Positions 1 through 9,895 are shown, numbered from the stretch's first letter. The stretch is DNA of 35,979 bases from a virus (IMGVR_UViG_3300030037_000034:1-35979); one strand, 5' to 3'. Notes: a model not told the origin generated them from the letters alone. Made by a program: numbers and translations.

Positions 1-65
1 CTTTTGTACAAATTTAACTATATTAACAACACCAAGGTAAACAACCAAAAAAAGGAATGCACAAC

Positions 66-704
66 ATGGGTAAAATAGTAGCCATAGCAAACCAAAAAGG
101 CGGCGTCGGAAAAACAACAACAGCGACCAACATAGCATGCCAACTAGACAAGGATGGGTATTCAGTATTGCTAGTAGACCTAGACCCGCAGGGAAGCGCC
201 TCCGACTGGTCATATGAGAGAGGTGACGAGGATAATTTTCCAGTTGTAAAAATGGGAAAAAATCTAGCCAAAGACCTGCCAAAAATGGCAAAAAACTATG
301 ACTGGATAATTGTTGATGGAGCCCCACAAGTTACAGAATTAGCTGCAGCAGCAACAAAGGCATCAGACGTAGTATTGATACCATCAACACCATCACCCTT
401 TGACGTATGGGCATGCGCCGACCTTGTGGAAATCATAAAAATAAGACAAGAAGTCACTGGCGGAAAACCCAAAGCCGCATTCCTTGTAACCATGTCAATA
501 AAAAACACAAAACTAAGCCGAGAAGTAAAAGACGCCCTACAAGGATACGAGCTGCCCGTATTCGAATCATGCACAACTCGCAGCGTAGTCTATGCTGAAA
601 CAGCGAAAAGCGGCGGCAGCGTAACCGACCTAGACCTAGACCATCAAGCAGCATTTGAAATAAGAAAAATAACCAAAGAATTAAAGGCTTTTGCAAATGA
701 GTAA
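66..704 (+). CDS. parA: ParA partition ATPase (short, type Ib-like)
   Basis: Deviant Walker A KGGVGKTT, A' motif DLDPQ, Walker B IIVDG; no N-terminal HTH. ATG66 preferred over ATG57 because AGGA at 53-56 abuts ATG57 and is 9 nt from ATG66. Confidence 0.93.
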   Translation: MGKIVAIANQKGGVGKTTTATNIACQLDKDGYSVLLVDLDPQGSASDWSYERGDEDNFPVVKMGKNLAKDLPKMAKNYDWIIVDGAPQVTELAAAATKASDVVLIPSTPSPFDVWACADLVEIIKIRQEVTGGKPKAAFLVTMSIKNTKLSREVKDALQGYELPVFESCTTRSVVYAETAKSGGSVTDLDLDHQAAFEIRKITKELKAFANE

Positions 705-1002
705 AATGTCAATAAGAAAAAGACAAGACAACGACAGCCCCGAAAAAAAAGCTGCAATAAAATCTGTTCTAAAAGAAGATGACTACCTTACAGGACCAAC
801 CACAAATTGCAGAGTAGACCTAGACACAAAAATACATAAGGCACTAAAAAGCCTTGGCGCATCCACATCAACAGATGATAGCAAAGCTGTAAGCATGAGA
901 ATGCTAATAACCGAAGCAATACTTGATATGTTTGATAAATACGAAAACAAGGAAGGAAAATACAATCTAGACGAAAAATGGAGCTGGACAGACAGACAAT
1001 AA
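697..1002 (+). CDS. Putative small centromere-binding partition partner (ParG/RHH-like)
   Basis: Overlaps the parA stop. ~100 aa with a flexible charged N-terminus followed by a strand-helix-helix-like segment (NCRVDLDTKIHKALKS...SMRMLITEAI). Fold inferred only. Confidence 0.65.
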   Translation: MSKMSIRKRQDNDSPEKKAAIKSVLKEDDYLTGPTTNCRVDLDTKIHKALKSLGASTSTDDSKAVSMRMLITEAILDMFDKYENKEGKYNLDEKWSWTDRQ

Positions 1003-1036
1003 AAAAGCCCGAAAGGGCTTTTTTATTGTCTGTCTG
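989..1036. terminator. Bidirectional intrinsic terminator, perfect 22-bp arms with GAAA loop
   Basis: CAGACAGACAATAAAAAAGCCC-GAAA-GGGCTTTTTTATTGTCTGTCTG between the convergent par and late operons; a U-tract follows the GC stem on both strands. Confidence 0.9.
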
Positions 1037-2030
1037 GCTGAGTTGCAACAACAGAACACCTATAACCCGCCGCCCCATCACCCCTAGCCTCAACCTTATC
1101 TATAGACCAATCACCTGACATATAAGACGGAAACGAATCATCCAGCTTAAGCAGCCCCTCAGCAACCAAGTAAGGATCTCCCGGCAAATCCATCCTAACA
1201 ACAACCCCCTCTCTTTCTATTTTTCGCAGCTCGTCCCTACAAGCAGCTAAAGCAGAATCCTCACTAGAATACGACTGACGGAGCCTTTTAAACGGCGCAA
1301 TACCATCCTCAACCTCAAACTCTGACCCTGTACTATTATCCAACCAGGAGGCTTTAACACCTCGCTTTTTTGTCCTACTAGGACTATCCACTTGGCAATT
1401 GATAAACCTACTCAAATCAGAAGGATCATTTTTAGAAACCGAAACAACAACAGGCGGTATATCCAGCCCCGAAACAGTCTTAACCATACCCTTTTTAGCC
1501 AAGACATAAACTCCGTTAACCGGCTTAGCAATCGCATCATAACCCGAGGCAATCCTTGCCAAAAATGAAGAATCTGTTTCATCCACCTGATCAACATGAT
1601 CAATTACCAAACCCTCAAACTCACTAGCAATACGAGGGCTAAAGCCATGATGGCCAACTATCTGCCTAAACATATCTGCAAAAACAACGCTTTCAAAAGT
1701 TCTAGTCCTCCTTTCCTTAAAACCAGTTTTATCATCCACCTGAAAAGGTGCAGCGGTTGCAATAATCGTTATTGTTGGAGGGAACAACCTAGGAACAATC
1801 CTTGTTATCCTAAACTCACCCTTATCAACCAAATCATCATAACCCTCAAACCAAGACAAAACCGCCCCTTCCCTAGGAAGCCCGTTTTTTCCAAACACAT
1901 CAACAACAATTGTCAGTTGATCAGACCTAACCCCCGAAGAATCAACACGACCCCACGAAACCAAACCCTCATTAATAACTGACTCACCCGACCCAGAAAC
2001 CCTAACCCTAGGCTTATAATCTAATCCCAT
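1023..2030 (-). CDS. P2 gpD-like late control/baseplate hub protein
   Basis: 335 aa; SDQLTI and IDHVDQVDETDSSFLARIA...DAIAKP motifs; follows U and X as in P2-like tails. Confidence 0.85.
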   Translation of the reverse strand: MGLDYKPRVRVSGSGESVINEGLVSWGRVDSSGVRSDQLTIVVDVFGKNGLPREGAVLSWFEGYDDLVDKGEFRITRIVPRLFPPTITIIATAAPFQVDDKTGFKERRTRTFESVVFADMFRQIVGHHGFSPRIASEFEGLVIDHVDQVDETDSSFLARIASGYDAIAKPVNGVYVLAKKGMVKTVSGLDIPPVVVSVSKNDPSDLSRFINCQVDSPSRTKKRGVKASWLDNSTGSEFEVEDGIAPFKRLRQSYSSEDSALAACRDELRKIEREGVVVRMDLPGDPYLVAEGLLKLDDSFPSYMSGDWSIDKVEARGDGAAGYRCSVVATQPDRQ

Positions 2031-2230
2031 ACATTAACCACCTTTGCGGGCTCAACCCGAACTGAATCTGGCAACTTAAGCTCTACACCTTTTGGCAACA
2101 CCGGACCGTATGACTCAACCCCAGGATTCAACCTATAAAATTCCTCCTCAACCTCATCATCAGAACGACCTAAAGAAAGCCACAAAACCAATGGCACTGT
2201 ATCACCATCACGACTAAGAACTTTTCGCAC
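2021..2230 (-). CDS. Tail protein X (P2 gpX-like)
   Basis: 69 aa; SRDGDTV, LNPGV...GPVLPKGV.L.LPD, terminal VNVWD. Confidence 0.88.
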   Translation of the reverse strand: MRKVLSRDGDTVPLVLWLSLGRSDDEVEEEFYRLNPGVESYGPVLPKGVELKLPDSVRVEPAKVVNVWD

Positions 2231-2606
2231 CAGAAAACTCCTCCAGCTCCAACGTAAAACTCACAACAAAAGCAGTTCCATCATCAATAATACTTCCCTG
2301 CTTCTCTTGTATCTTCTTGATTGTCCACAAGCCATGATTGCCCCCGTAACCATCAACCAAAACCAAAGGCTCCGCTTTAGCCTGCAAAGCCCTTAAGCCA
2401 TCAACACTAAGCATACCCTCACCGCGAAACCAAGAGCCCGACAAAACAATAACATCCAAAGGGCTACCTGTATGCTGGCTAACCGGCTTCTGACCAAATC
2501 TCGAAACAACAACCCAGCCACCACCGCTAGTCCTCTGCAGGCTTTCGTAAGCCGTCCCATCACCCAGTGAAAAAACAAAACCACCCAGCGATAACATCTG
2601 CCTCAT
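2214..2606 (-). CDS. Tail protein (P2 gpU-like)
   Basis: MLSLGGFVFSL, PLVLVDGYG..HGLWTI, FTLELEEF; follows the tape measure gene. Confidence 0.88.
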   Translation of the reverse strand: MRQMLSLGGFVFSLGDGTAYESLQRTSGGGWVVVSRFGQKPVSQHTGSPLDVIVLSGSWFRGEGMLSVDGLRALQAKAEPLVLVDGYGGNHGLWTIKKIQEKQGSIIDDGTAFVVSFTLELEEFSGAKSS

Positions 2607-5188
2607 ATGTCACCCCTATCAAACAAGCTTGCATCTGAACGAATAGAAACATCTGCCCCACCAACCATCAAGGGGACAAACTCCGCTTTCAACTTGCTAA
2701 CCAAATCATTAGAAAAAGAATCATCATAAGCAGCATTACCAGACGGTGAAACCTGAATTACTGGCGCAAAATTTATTCTATTCTCAATCCCACGCAAAGC
2801 CTCAGACTTTTGAGCAACATCAGCAGACGGGGGCCGATCTGTCTTATTCTCAGAAAACCACCCTGCAACACTTTCCCCCACCCAGCCACCCAGCTCACTA
2901 CCCGCAAACCCACCGATCCCCGCACCAACAATTGTACCAATACCAGGCAAAATAGCAGAACCAAGCGCAGCACCCAGCGCCGCCCCACCAACCCCACCCG
3001 CTATATCACCAGCAGACTCCGCTGCTGCAAGCTTATTTCCCACCGCCAAGGCAGAAACTAAGCCCGCCCCCTGTAGTGCTATATCGACAGGCTTAAACGC
3101 CTTAGCGCCCACACCAGCCCCCGCAAGAGCCAAACCACCAGACCCACCTGAAAGAAAATCACCAAAACTAGACGCCTTACCCTTACGCTTTCGCCCCTTC
3201 TTTCCTTTTTTATCACCAGACTTTGAACCCACCCCTCCTGCAGCACCAAGACCAAGCAACTGACGATTAAGACGACCCAATGAAATATTAGCTTTATTAG
3301 CACTCAAAGCCGTCCTATCAGTCGTTGCCGAAAGCTTAAGCCTACCCAAGCGGACCTTATCAGCACCAGCGCCCGCAGCAAGCCGCGCCAACTTAAACGC
3401 TATCACTCCAGCCTTCACGACCGCCAACGCCCCACCTACAGCCAACAAACCACTAGCCAACTCTGGGCTGGCCTCAGCAAAATTAGACACACCATCAACA
3501 ACAGACATTAATGGCGGCGCAATCGCATCAACTACTGGCAACAATCTATCACCTAAAGTTATTACCATTCGATCAAACTTAGAGCTTAACTGAGAAAGCG
3601 CATGCCCCCTTGTTTTCGACCTATTAAGATACTCATCCGTAACACTGCCAGCCCTATCCGCTTCGTTTGCAACACGAGAGAACGAAGCAACCAACCCATT
3701 TTTATCATCATCAATGTTAGCAACAAGCTTAGACACCGCACCCTTAATCTCTGACCCAAAAAGCTCAGAGATTACTGCACCACGCTCGGCATCAGAAACC
3801 TCCTGCAACGACCTCATCACACTGACCAGCGTTGCCTGAGCATCCTCTTGCATTAACTCAGCAAGCTCATCAGAATCAAAGCCAATCCTATCCAAGGCAT
3901 CCTTCTGCCCGCCAGTTGCAGAGTAACCCGCCGTTAATGCGCTCGATATATTCTTTAACGCTGTCGCTGCAGTATCACCAGTTGCACCACCGGCTATTAA
4001 ACTAGAAGAAAGTGCTGCAACCTCATTCGAGCTAAAGCCCGCACCCATGGCAGTCGAACCCTCACGAACCAACACCGACGCAATCTCACTAGCCTTTGCA
4101 TTCATGTTGTTACTTAAATAATTTGTTGCGTCTGCAAGATCAAGCGCCTTTTCTTGCGTCAAACCCATAGACGCCCGCCAAGTAGCAAGAGTGGCCCCCG
4201 CATCTTCCGACGACACATCCCAGGCAACCGACATCTTTGTAGCTGAGGTTGCAAATTCAAGAAGCTGGCTTTTCTCAATACCCGACTGACCAGCCTGAGA
4301 AACTATCCCAGCTATACCATCCTGACCTACACCCAAATCACCGGCAAGCTTTAACATTTCACTTCTATATTTAGATTCCTCACCCTCACTAGAAAAATCT
4401 ATCTGCTTCTTAACATCAGCAAAAACACCCTCATATTCAATTGAGCGCCTACCCGCCAACGCCAAAGGCGCTACCGAAGCAGCAACACCGACAGCCTCAC
4501 CCGCCAACTCTCCACGCTTAGCCCGTCTAGCGTCAATCCTAGACTGCATGTCCTTAACCTTTTTCAGATTAACAGACTGCCTCTCCAAAGCCTTATTAGC
4601 ACCAGCCGTCCTTTTTGCTAACCTCAATTCCTCCGCACCAAGCGCATTCAAATTAAAACCAGCCGCCGACATATCTCGACGTAAACCACCCAACTCCTTA
4701 GATTGCTTACCATACGACTTGGCCAACTTTTCAGACTGCCGCTCCGCCGTCTTAATTGCGGCCAGCTCTTTCTTTAGCGCCCTTTCTGAACTCTTCTTTT
4801 CTCTAGTAAGTCTAACCACCTGCTTTCTAGCAGAATCAACCTCTGCAGACTCCGCCCCATAAGCAGAAGCAGAAGACAACAATAATCTCTCTGACTCTTT
4901 AAGTGCCTTTGAGTGGTCACGAACAACCTTACTTGCAGAAACCTCTGCAATTCGTAACCTAGACACCTCAAGCCTAGCACTCTCCATCTCCCGCCGAGTT
5001 TCTCCGACCTGATCAGACAACCCTCTATAGCGTGAAATAGATTTTTGCTTTTTCTCCAAATCCTTTAATTCAGAATTAGTCTCAGATATAGCGCGCCCCA
5101 AACCATAAATACTTTTTGCAGCATTATTTGCAGGACCGCCTATATCATTTGCGGCAGACATCTTTAAAGAAATATTAGTATCAACCAC
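2603..5188 (-). CDS. Tail tape measure protein
   Basis: 861 aa, GTG start. N-terminal coiled coil, TP901-type core (FADVKK, AGQSGI, DATNYLSNN), Gly/Ala-rich hydrophobic C-terminal part. Confidence 0.93.
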   Translation of the reverse strand: MVDTNISLKMSAANDIGGPANNAAKSIYGLGRAISETNSELKDLEKKQKSISRYRGLSDQVGETRREMESARLEVSRLRIAEVSASKVVRDHSKALKESERLLLSSASAYGAESAEVDSARKQVVRLTREKKSSERALKKELAAIKTAERQSEKLAKSYGKQSKELGGLRRDMSAAGFNLNALGAEELRLAKRTAGANKALERQSVNLKKVKDMQSRIDARRAKRGELAGEAVGVAASVAPLALAGRRSIEYEGVFADVKKQIDFSSEGEESKYRSEMLKLAGDLGVGQDGIAGIVSQAGQSGIEKSQLLEFATSATKMSVAWDVSSEDAGATLATWRASMGLTQEKALDLADATNYLSNNMNAKASEIASVLVREGSTAMGAGFSSNEVAALSSSLIAGGATGDTAATALKNISSALTAGYSATGGQKDALDRIGFDSDELAELMQEDAQATLVSVMRSLQEVSDAERGAVISELFGSEIKGAVSKLVANIDDDKNGLVASFSRVANEADRAGSVTDEYLNRSKTRGHALSQLSSKFDRMVITLGDRLLPVVDAIAPPLMSVVDGVSNFAEASPELASGLLAVGGALAVVKAGVIAFKLARLAAGAGADKVRLGRLKLSATTDRTALSANKANISLGRLNRQLLGLGAAGGVGSKSGDKKGKKGRKRKGKASSFGDFLSGGSGGLALAGAGVGAKAFKPVDIALQGAGLVSALAVGNKLAAAESAGDIAGGVGGAALGAALGSAILPGIGTIVGAGIGGFAGSELGGWVGESVAGWFSENKTDRPPSADVAQKSEALRGIENRINFAPVIQVSPSGNAAYDDSFSNDLVSKLKAEFVPLMVGGADVSIRSDASLFDRGDI

Positions 5189-5191
5189 ACA

Positions 5192-5359
5192 TCACCTTTT
5201 AATTCCAAGCTTTGCTATTGCCAAATGATAACGGCGCATAGCCTCGTCAACGCGCCATTCCAATACTTCTCTAGGACTAACCCCATAGACCAATGGGATT
5301 ATGTCCGTCAGAGACTCTACGTCTTTAGGGGAAAGTAGTCCGCCGCTTCTTGCAAAAAA
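5192..5359 (-). CDS. -1 frameshift extension of the tail chaperone (gpE+E'-like)
   Basis: T TTT TTG at 5359-5353. The -1 frame stays open (FARSGGLLSPKDVESLTDIIPLVYGVSPREVLEWRVDEAMRRYHLAIAKLGIKR) to TGA at 5194-5192, just before the tape measure start. Confidence 0.85.
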   Translation of the reverse strand, partial: FFARSGGLLSPKDVESLTDIIPLVYGVSPREVLEWRVDEAMRRYHLAIAKLGIKR

Positions 5360-5865
5360 TCAATCAATCTAACCTGCAAATGCGTCCAATCTGGAAGGCT
5401 CATTTCACCAAGCTCCGACACGCTCAACCCCGTACACGTTGAGCATAAATATAATGTCCTTTCCTCCTCCGTCTCATACACATCCATTGCATCAGTGACA
5501 CCCACCGTTGGCGGCTTTATTTTATAAGTCTCTATAACCCCACCATCACCATCAATCGGATTTATCAACTTGGGAGAATCATGATCTCCAACATCAGCAA
5601 AATCAGACGAAGGCTTAGTTAATATCCTCAAAACCTCTTTATGCATACTATTATAATCAGGCTTTACCACTAGCTTAAGATCATCAATTGAAATACCCGT
5701 AACAAAGGAAACACACGCCCTCATAAAATCCTTACTCTCCTGATCATAATCCTTAGCCATACGCTTATGATCTGAAACAGAAATAAGCCCAAACTCAACC
5801 GAATCAATCTTAGAATTAGGCTTATCAATAGGCCACCTAAGATTATGCTTTTTAGCTTTGTACAT
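5317..5865 (-). CDS. Tail assembly chaperone (gpE-like), two tandem domains
   Basis: Lies between tube and tape measure genes. Both halves carry L..PID...TG.S...L......PD[YW]. Confidence 0.85.
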   Translation of the reverse strand: MYKAKKHNLRWPIDKPNSKIDSVEFGLISVSDHKRMAKDYDQESKDFMRACVSFVTGISIDDLKLVVKPDYNSMHKEVLRILTKPSSDFADVGDHDSPKLINPIDGDGGVIETYKIKPPTVGVTDAMDVYETEEERTLYLCSTCTGLSVSELGEMSLPDWTHLQVRLIDFLQEAADYFPLKT

Positions 5866-5878
5866 TTCTTTACTCCAT

Positions 5879-5899
5879 AAAAAAGCCCCATAAAGGGGC
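5879..5899 (-). terminator. Intrinsic terminator-like hairpin after the tube gene
   Basis: Minus strand GCCCC-TTTAT-GGGGC-TTTTTT. Confidence 0.6.
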
Positions 5900-5939
5900 C
5901 TATCTGTAGCTACACAGAGAAAATTTATATTTTATATTT

Positions 5940-6446
5940 TTATGACAAACCAATATTTCTACGATGATCAGCCATAATGTCACCGCCACCCAAATCAATT
6001 ATTTGAGCATTTCGATCAATATCATATATAACTTTACCATTCTCCATTTTCTTGTAAGCCTGTACCGACATCTCAAATTCATGATCGGGCATATCACCCA
6101 TTTTACTAGGCGACTCTGTAACAGATATTACCTCCCCCGTCATAGAATCCGATATGGAAAATTTGTTTCCATCCTCATCCTGATGAGATTCTTTAATATC
6201 AACCTGACACAACTCACCAGCCGAAAGGCCAAACGTAGACAAAAGCTCCTGCCCCGCACCCTTCACCTTAAACTTACAATTAAGCTTTTCCAACCCAACC
6301 ATTATCTCACCAGGAATAAAGGACCCGCCCCGCGTCTCCTGCATCGACTTCTTAACCTCTGGCGGTGTAAACTCCTCCATCTCCTTAATTAAAGCCATCC
6401 CATTAACCATAGCTTGCCTAGCAATTCTAGAACGCTGTCCAGCCAT
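5940..6446 (-). CDS. Major tail tube protein (P2 FII-like)
   Basis: 168 aa; EEFTPPEV, RGG, GLEKL.C.FK, YDID; directly after the sheath gene. Confidence 0.9.
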   Translation of the reverse strand: MAGQRSRIARQAMVNGMALIKEMEEFTPPEVKKSMQETRGGSFIPGEIMVGLEKLNCKFKVKGAGQELLSTFGLSAGELCQVDIKESHQDEDGNKFSISDSMTGEVISVTESPSKMGDMPDHEFEMSVQAYKKMENGKVIYDIDRNAQIIDLGGGDIMADHRRNIGLS

Positions 6447-7616
6447 TTATAACACCTCCTCTAAAAATGTCTCTACAATCCCAGTATCTTCAATCAAGTG
6501 ATAAACCATATGCTCATTTGGCGCAAAACCATGATATTTAATAGCAATATGCCACTCACCATTTTGATAGTTTGCCGAACTATTAAGCGTAGGATGCAGA
6601 TACACCTGAGCACCAATAATTGTCTCATCAGCCTGTAAGGTTTTGAGCCACACATTTAATTTTGTTATCTCTTGCTGCATAAATGACGGGCTCATATTTC
6701 TGGCCATAGCCCTCTGAGACGTCTTTGCAAGCTTTCTAATTATTGCGTATTCCAAGCCGACCTGAGAGACAAAGCGACCCATCACACACCGATTACCTAT
6801 CAGCGAAAAACCACCCATTGAGGTTCTAGCAAAGTAGGAAACACCGTGTTTATTCAACAAACCACCATTTGTTGATTTATCCATGATGTTATAATCAATA
6901 GTCCTTGAGGTACCACTTATAAGCGCACCCATCCCCCCCTTAGCTGGACTTTCCCACGGATCAACCCGAGCGAAACAGGATAACGCAACAGCAGCACCTG
7001 AGAAATAAACATAACCACTAGAAGCCTGACTATAAACCGATACCTGAGGATCAACCAAATAAAACGACTCGTAACCCGTACCCGCACCACCCAAACTAAG
7101 TGAATAATTTACCGCATCAACATCATTGGTATTAGGACCATCAGCGACAGGTATAGAGAACAACCTTTTCCCCATCGATGCCAACGCATCAGCAACCGGC
7201 TTTGTATTAAAACCAGGCGCTGATATATGTGTTGGTATCTCCATACAATCCGCCAGCGCCTCAATACCAGACCTCTGACCCGTTCCCGCGTCAACAGCTC
7301 CAATAACATTATTAATAGTGGCCGCTATATCAACCCCCTCATCAATAATAACAACATAGATAGGAACTGAAACAAGTCTGAATATTTCATAGCATGTACG
7401 CCACAACGTACCCAGTTCATTACCCGCTGTATCAAGCTTCGCTGCATCCGCCAAATTGGATATTCTAATCGGCGTGTTTGAAACATACGATGCATCAGCA
7501 TCTGGCGCAGTACCAACCAAACCCAAAACCACCGCGCCTAATGGCCCCATAGGAGGCGGTGCCGGATGGGTTTCAACACTAATTCCATTATGTACATAAT
7601 TTGGTATTTCTGGCAT
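6447..7616 (-). CDS. Contractile tail sheath protein (P2 FI-like)
   Basis: 389 aa; HNGISV, GLVGTAPDA, SAPGF, WESP, GNR motifs. Confidence 0.92.
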   Translation of the reverse strand: MPEIPNYVHNGISVETHPAPPPMGPLGAVVLGLVGTAPDADASYVSNTPIRISNLADAAKLDTAGNELGTLWRTCYEIFRLVSVPIYVVIIDEGVDIAATINNVIGAVDAGTGQRSGIEALADCMEIPTHISAPGFNTKPVADALASMGKRLFSIPVADGPNTNDVDAVNYSLSLGGAGTGYESFYLVDPQVSVYSQASSGYVYFSGAAVALSCFARVDPWESPAKGGMGALISGTSRTIDYNIMDKSTNGGLLNKHGVSYFARTSMGGFSLIGNRCVMGRFVSQVGLEYAIIRKLAKTSQRAMARNMSPSFMQQEITKLNVWLKTLQADETIIGAQVYLHPTLNSSANYQNGEWHIAIKYHGFAPNEHMVYHLIEDTGIVETFLEEVL

Positions 7617-7620
7617 TTAA

Positions 7621-7812
7621 CTATTCTCCCTCAACCTCGACAGAGGCCACTGCAACACGCGCAACCTTACCGCCTAACAATAAATACTCTGCCTCACAAG
7701 GAAGCAAACTAACAACCTCACCGACCTCATGCCAGCACTTCCTATTAGGACACTGATACTTTGCAATAACATCATAATCATCATCCCCAGACCTACGACT
7801 ACCTAACCCCAC
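7621..7812 (-). CDS. Small hypothetical protein
   Basis: 63 aa, co-oriented, GGGGA upstream of a GTG start, fills the gap before the sheath gene. Confidence 0.6.
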   Translation of the reverse strand: MGLGSRRSGDDDYDVIAKYQCPNRKCWHEVGEVVSLLPCEAEYLLLGGKVARVAVASVEVEGE

Positions 7813-7826
7813 TATAAATCCCCCAC

Positions 7827-7853
7827 AAAAAAAGCCGCCAATAATTAAGCGGC
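7827..7853 (-). terminator. Intrinsic terminator-like hairpin
   Basis: Minus strand GCCGC-loop-GCGGC followed by a T run. Confidence 0.55.
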
Positions 7854-7870
7854 CTTAAATTTTAAACACA

Positions 7871-8263
7871 CTAACAACCAAAATCCTGAGGACCAAACCA
7901 CGAAACCGCAGAAACATAAACACACCTAAGCGGCCAACCAATCTCCGTCAACTGATCATTAAATACTTTTATCACATCATCCTTTGATATAGGTATATCA
8001 TTCCTATATTGGCACAACACATCATGAACTAAACTAGCATAATACGTCCAAGGCTTACCAAAATATAAGTTTCCATCTGGAACACCAAAATATAAAACAC
8101 CAAAAATATATTTTTTAGGACTGCAACCATCCCAGGCATAACCTTTTTTTATACTGATCACACCATCACTAATAGAAACCCATTCATTGGAATAACCAAT
8201 ACCATCAAAAGATTTATGAGCATACGAAAAACAAGACGACAACCTATAACGCCAAGCATTCAT
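7871..8263 (-). CDS. DUF1353-like protein
   Basis: GYAWDGCS...ASLVHDVLCQ...AVSWFG pattern typical of this tail-associated family. Confidence 0.65.
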   Translation of the reverse strand: MNAWRYRLSSCFSYAHKSFDGIGYSNEWVSISDGVISIKKGYAWDGCSPKKYIFGVLYFGVPDGNLYFGKPWTYYASLVHDVLCQYRNDIPISKDDVIKVFNDQLTEIGWPLRCVYVSAVSWFGPQDFGC

Positions 8264-8268
8264 TATAT

Positions 8269-8631
8269 TTACTCACTAGGATCTATAACATCAGCTACAG
8301 CCGTAGCCCTATGCTCTATCTCACCAATTACAGTCTCAAATTCCTTAGATTTATAGGGCAACCTAACCTCACCAGAATCAACCCTAGAATAAAATCCCCC
8401 AATAGCAGAGTTAAGTGATTCCGCTGAATTTCTAACATCATCAATACTTTGAACTGAAGACAAATCCGCCACCAACTTTGACAATTCATATAATAACAAT
8501 TGAACAGCATCCGCTGCAGTACCAAGAATAGAAAGCGTATCACCCGCTTTATCTGAAATATCTTTTCTCAGTATATCCGTAAGCTCAACCTTACTCTTAA
8601 CATCACCACTATAATCATCCATCTTGACCAT
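8269..8631 (-). CDS. Hypothetical protein, possible tail fibre assembly chaperone
   Basis: 120 aa, helical, overlaps the end of the upstream fibre-like gene. Function inferred from position only. Confidence 0.55.
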   Translation of the reverse strand: MVKMDDYSGDVKSKVELTDILRKDISDKAGDTLSILGTAADAVQLLLYELSKLVADLSSVQSIDDVRNSAESLNSAIGGFYSRVDSGEVRLPYKSKEFETVIGEIEHRATAVADVIDPSE

Positions 8632-9328
8632 CTCCTATATATGGGTAATCTCCCCACATTCCACTTTCAAACGGCACCCTCCCAGCAACACAAGCCGGTA
8701 ACGCAAACAACATAGATCCCGTCTCCGACAATCTTTGCGGATGACAATGCACATACCCCAAATTAGATTTTGGAATATACATACCTGACACCTTCCACTC
8801 ACCAACAACAGAACCCGTTGCCCAATAATTACTTATTGATCCACTCAACACTTTCGTTAATGCACAAACCGTAATACCAACAGAGTGATTAACTTTTTGA
8901 TAAAGCGTATGTTCAGGAGCAATAGACGTCCAATCCATCCTCCAGATATTAAAGTTGGACTTAGTATACTGAACTCCAGCGCCACCAAGAATATCAAGCA
9001 ATTCCTTTTCCTCATCCGTTCTATCTCCCCAGGCAACATTATCAAGAACAGTTTGAACCAAAGTATAGGTAACATCAGAAGCAGACGACCAATGATCAGG
9101 AACAGAACCATCAACCCCCTCTAACGACTGATTTTTTGTAAGCCTATAAAAAGGATAATTAGATCTCTCCCCAGAAATAAAATTATCTATATCCTGCCTA
9201 GCACCAGAAACCACGGAATTAATCTCCGCCACCTTTCCAGACACCTCATCACTCAACGCCTGACTTGCCGCCGTTTGATCCTGCGCCGCATTCTTAACCT
9301 CTTGCAAGCTTTCTATAATACTAGACAT
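8615..9328 (-). CDS. Putative distal tail fibre/receptor-binding protein
   Basis: 237 aa; N-terminal coiled coil then a beta- and aromatic-rich domain; follows the collar-fibre gene. Confidence 0.6.
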   Translation of the reverse strand: MSSIIESLQEVKNAAQDQTAASQALSDEVSGKVAEINSVVSGARQDIDNFISGERSNYPFYRLTKNQSLEGVDGSVPDHWSSASDVTYTLVQTVLDNVAWGDRTDEEKELLDILGGAGVQYTKSNFNIWRMDWTSIAPEHTLYQKVNHSVGITVCALTKVLSGSISNYWATGSVVGEWKVSGMYIPKSNLGYVHCHPQRLSETGSMLFALPACVAGRVPFESGMWGDYPYIGDGQDG

Positions 9329-9869
9329 TAACCATCTCCAAAACCCTCAACCTTTCACTCAATTGCATCTGCCTATGAGTCTGTTTAACCTGAACAACCT
9401 GGCTCTTAATAAACACAGCCGCATCCATCATAAACTCATCATCCATCAGAATGTTTAAATTTTCCGTGCCAACAACAACTTGAACAGAATTGCTTGGCAA
9501 AGCACTTAGATCCAAAGTTAAAGGCTGTATACAATGACCATCTTTAACCTTGTAATTAAGCGTCACACCTGGCGTAGAAAAAACACCTAACAACGTCCCC
9601 GATTCCAACCAGAATCCTATCTCCCTAATAGCGTATTCATCTGGCCCGCTAAACTTTCCAACCGCTTGTACCTGCCCTCCAGATAGATCCTTATACTCAC
9701 TAAACTCAACCCTTTGAAGCTCATTAACTAAAGCAGTTTGCTCAGCATTAGGAGTATAAGACTCATCACCAGCCGACACCCATTTAACATTTAACACAAC
9801 ACCCTGACTAGACGCGCTTACACACTCCTCCAGACCAGCGCGAGTTATTACTAAACTAACTCCACTCAT
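9321..9869 (-). CDS. Proximal tail fibre/tail-collar protein (P2 gpH N-terminal-like)
   Basis: ITRAG, QTALVNE, IREIGF.LESGTLL motifs; follows gpI. Confidence 0.75.
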   Translation of the reverse strand: MSGVSLVITRAGLEECVSASSQGVVLNVKWVSAGDESYTPNAEQTALVNELQRVEFSEYKDLSGGQVQAVGKFSGPDEYAIREIGFWLESGTLLGVFSTPGVTLNYKVKDGHCIQPLTLDLSALPSNSVQVVVGTENLNILMDDEFMMDAAVFIKSQVVQVKQTHRQMQLSERLRVLEMVNV

Positions 9870-9895
9870 AAAATCACCAACAGACAGTAATAAAT

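Noticed and set aside
5854-5869. Additional octamer pair at the tail chaperone start
   Set aside because: Only two degenerate units; compatible with chance.
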